From a virus, in IMG/VR virus record IMGVR_UViG_3300011982_000239, positions 1 through 5,550 of that record: 5,550 bases of DNA. The stretch is one strand, 5' to 3'. Both the position numbers and the translations under genes were made by a program. The notes below the pieces were generated by a model. It did not search any database. It saw nothing but the letters and a program-made list of their open reading frames with translations, and was not told where the DNA came from. Shown in pieces: positions 4,456 to 5,550 of this stretch (positions are counted from its first letter, which is position 1; each line of letters begins with the position of its first letter).

Positions 4456-4495
4456 AATAGTGAGGCTTCTATTACTTGATATAAGCCTCACTATT
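4456..4495 (+). other. Putative plus-strand replication origin: 13-bp stem hairpin with a candidate Rep nick site in the loop
   Basis: AATAGTGAGGCTT (4456-4468) pairs perfectly with AAGCCTCACTATT (4483-4495). The 14-nt loop is CTATTACTTGATAT. The loop 9-mer ACTTGATAT (4474-4482) equals the nick region of the phiX174 origin as I recall it. The hairpin lies about 40 nt upstream of rep. Confidence 0.55.
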
Positions 4496-4536
4496 CAAAG
4501 TAATGATTTTATCAAAGATAATTTTTAGGGGGGTCT

Positions 4537-5376
4537 ATGTTATGTGAAAGACAAGATGTCGTACGTTATTATGATTCTCGTTTAACGTTGTTTTCTGACG
4601 GAAAATTGGTCATCCGTGATTATGATTCTGCTATACAGAAGATACCTAATGGTTTTGAAGAATTACCAGGAGAATTACCAGGAGAATTAGTTACTCATTC
4701 ATCAAAAAAAGAACGTGATAAGTTTGGATCATGTCGCTTTGATAATTTGTTTAGAAGTAGAAAATTAGTTATTGATTTAGCATACGAAAATAAGGATATC
4801 TGGAAATCGTTTTTAACTCTTACATTTGCTGAAAATGTAAAGGATATTGATTTTGCGAATAAGTGTTTTAATTCTTGGTTAACTTCGGTTAGACAGTCAT
4901 TTTTTGATTTTGCATATTTATGCGTTCCTGAATTTCAGAAGAGGGGAGCTGTTCACTATCATTTATTATCTAATTTAGAGGTAGGAGGGGAGTTACTTCC
5001 AATCCAAAACGAAAAAAAGCATATGTATGATGTTAAGTATTGGAAATATGGTTTTACTTCTGCTTTTGATTTACGCTTAGCTGATGATAAATTTAATGTT
5101 TCTCTTTATGTTTGTAAGTACTTGTACAAGGATATTGATAATCGGCTTTTTGGTCGTAAGAAGATAATGCATAGTCGCAATTTGAATTTACCTAAAGTTT
5201 CTACGATTTTACAAAATAATTCTTATGTTCAATCTATTTTAGCGCATATTATTGATGATAAAGAAATTATAGAGTTTAAATTTGATTCAAAGAAAAAATT
5301 TCAAGTTGGTTTTAAGGAGCAAACAGTTTTTCTCTCTAATGATGAAATGAAGAAAATTGATTTCTTATTTACTTAA
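4537..5376 (+). CDS. rep: Rolling-circle replication initiator (HUH endonuclease superfamily Rep)
   Basis: RBS AGGGGGG is at 4527-4533. Motif I FLTLTF is at nt 4810-4827. Motif II (HUH) VHYHLL has HYH at nt 4954-4962. Motif III YVCKYLYK, with two tyrosines spaced YxxxY, is at nt 5107-5130. Confidence 0.85.
   Translation: MLCERQDVVRYYDSRLTLFSDGKLVIRDYDSAIQKIPNGFEELPGELPGELVTHSSKKERDKFGSCRFDNLFRSRKLVIDLAYENKDIWKSFLTLTFAENVKDIDFANKCFNSWLTSVRQSFFDFAYLCVPEFQKRGAVHYHLLSNLEVGGELLPIQNEKKHMYDVKYWKYGFTSAFDLRLADDKFNVSLYVCKYLYKDIDNRLFGRKKIMHSRNLNLPKVSTILQNNSYVQSILAHIIDDKEIIEFKFDSKKKFQVGFKEQTVFLSNDEMKKIDFLFT
4660..4689 (+). repeat. Perfect 12-nt tandem repeat, 2.5 copies, inside rep (encodes ELPGELPGEL)
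   Basis: GAATTACCAGGA occurs at 4660-4671 and 4672-4683, followed by GAATTA at 4684-4689. Confidence 0.9.
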
Positions 5377-5384
5377 TTTTTTAT

Positions 5385-5393
5385 TGGTAGTAT
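5385..5393 (+). promoter_or_regulatory. Candidate extended -10 promoter element (TGgTAGTAT) upstream of the HTH gene
   Basis: TG-n-TAGTAT lies about 29 nt upstream of ATG 5422. It is embedded in TATTGGTAGTATATTTAT, a near copy of the motif at 103-119. Confidence 0.3.
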
Positions 5394-5421
5394 ATTTATG
5401 GTGTAAGGAGGTATCAATTTT

Positions 5422-5550
5422 ATGTTAACGAAGTCGGACTATCGTTCGTACTTCGCTAAGTGTAAGAAATACATTAAGTTTAATTCTTTTCTTAAAGATT
5501 TAGGTATTAATCAGTCTGCATTTTCTAAGTTTATGAAAGATGATTTATTT
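5422..5550 (+). CDS. 5' part (43 codons) of a small helix-turn-helix (Xre/Cro-like) regulator; runs off the window end
   Basis: AAGGAGG (5405-5411) lies 10 nt upstream of ATG 5422. Translation is MLTKSDYRSYFAKCKKYIKFNSFLKDLGINQSAFSKFMKDDLF. The segment FLKDLGINQSAFSKFMK has the helix-turn-helix pattern typical of small phage repressors. There is no stop before base 5550. Confidence 0.6.
   Translation, partial: MLTKSDYRSYFAKCKKYIKFNSFLKDLGINQSAFSKFMKDDLF

Larger units (their letters stand above)
1..5550 (+). mobile_element. Complete or near-complete inovirus-like filamentous ssDNA phage genome, apparently circularly permuted at the window ends
   Basis: All genes lie on one strand and the coding strand is T-rich. 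Content is HUH Rep, Zot/pI-like P-loop ATPase, pIII-like signal-peptide and C-terminal-anchor protein, small pVIII-like coat proteins followed by a terminator, and many tiny hydrophobic ORFs with overlapping start/stop codons. The end-of-window ORF continues in frame at base 1. Confidence 0.75.

Noticed and set aside
5403-5429. TTATGTTAAC, matching 9 of 11 bases of the E. coli dif XerD arm
   Set aside because: It overlaps the RBS and start codon of the HTH gene. The would-be XerC arm (GTAAGGAGGTA) does not resemble dif, so this is most simply a coincidence in AT-rich sequence.
1-5550. Spiroplasma or Mycoplasma plectrovirus (genetic code 4)
   Set aside because: TGA clearly terminates ORFs exactly at coupled restart junctions (1425-1427, 2220-2222, 2363-2365, 3076-3078, 4021-4023). 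Every Trp in the supplied ORF translations is necessarily TGG, because the track treats TGA as a stop. The standard bacterial code therefore fits. An Acholeplasma-type or Firmicute host remains possible.
1-5550. CRISPR arrays, tRNA/rRNA genes, transposase or integrase genes, secretin gene
   Set aside because: No spaced direct repeats, no cloverleaf-like GC-rich segments, and no ORF of suitable size or motif on either strand. The only repeats are those listed: the coat gene duplication, the 12-nt tandem repeat and the hairpins.

Overview
The window reads as one compact genome. All convincing genes are on the + strand, the coding strand is visibly T-rich and C-poor, and genes are tightly packed with many ATGA/TGATG start-stop overlaps. 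The gene content matches an inovirus-like (filamentous ssDNA) phage of a low-GC monoderm host. It includes: (1) an HUH rolling-circle Rep (FLTLTF, HYH, YVCKYLYK); (2) a small HTH protein; (3) a 59-aa candidate ssDNA-binding protein; (4) a pIII-like secreted, C-terminally anchored adsorption protein; (5) a run of small hydrophobic virion/membrane proteins; (6) two tandem paralogous pVIII-like major coat genes followed by a strong intrinsic terminator; (7) a Zot/pI-type P-loop assembly ATPase; (8) a hairpin-rich intergenic region upstream of rep. No secretin (pIV) and no integrase or transposase is present. TGA is used as a stop codon, so this is not a Spiroplasma or Mycoplasma plectrovirus. The ORF starting at 5422 runs in frame off the 3' end, and frame 1 at base 1 stays open to a TAA at 79-81. 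The window is therefore probably a complete circular 5,550-nt genome linearised inside that gene. Four plausible ORFs under 60 aa are missing from the supplied track, and several track ORFs start at upstream GTGs where a downstream ATG with a Shine-Dalgarno is better supported. The most interesting points are the duplicated coat genes under purifying selection, a hairpin whose loop carries a phiX174-like nick sequence (ACTTGATAT) next to a two-tyrosine Rep, and an assembly ATPase with an N-terminal rather than C-terminal membrane anchor. No homology search was possible, so all family names rest on motifs, topology and synteny.
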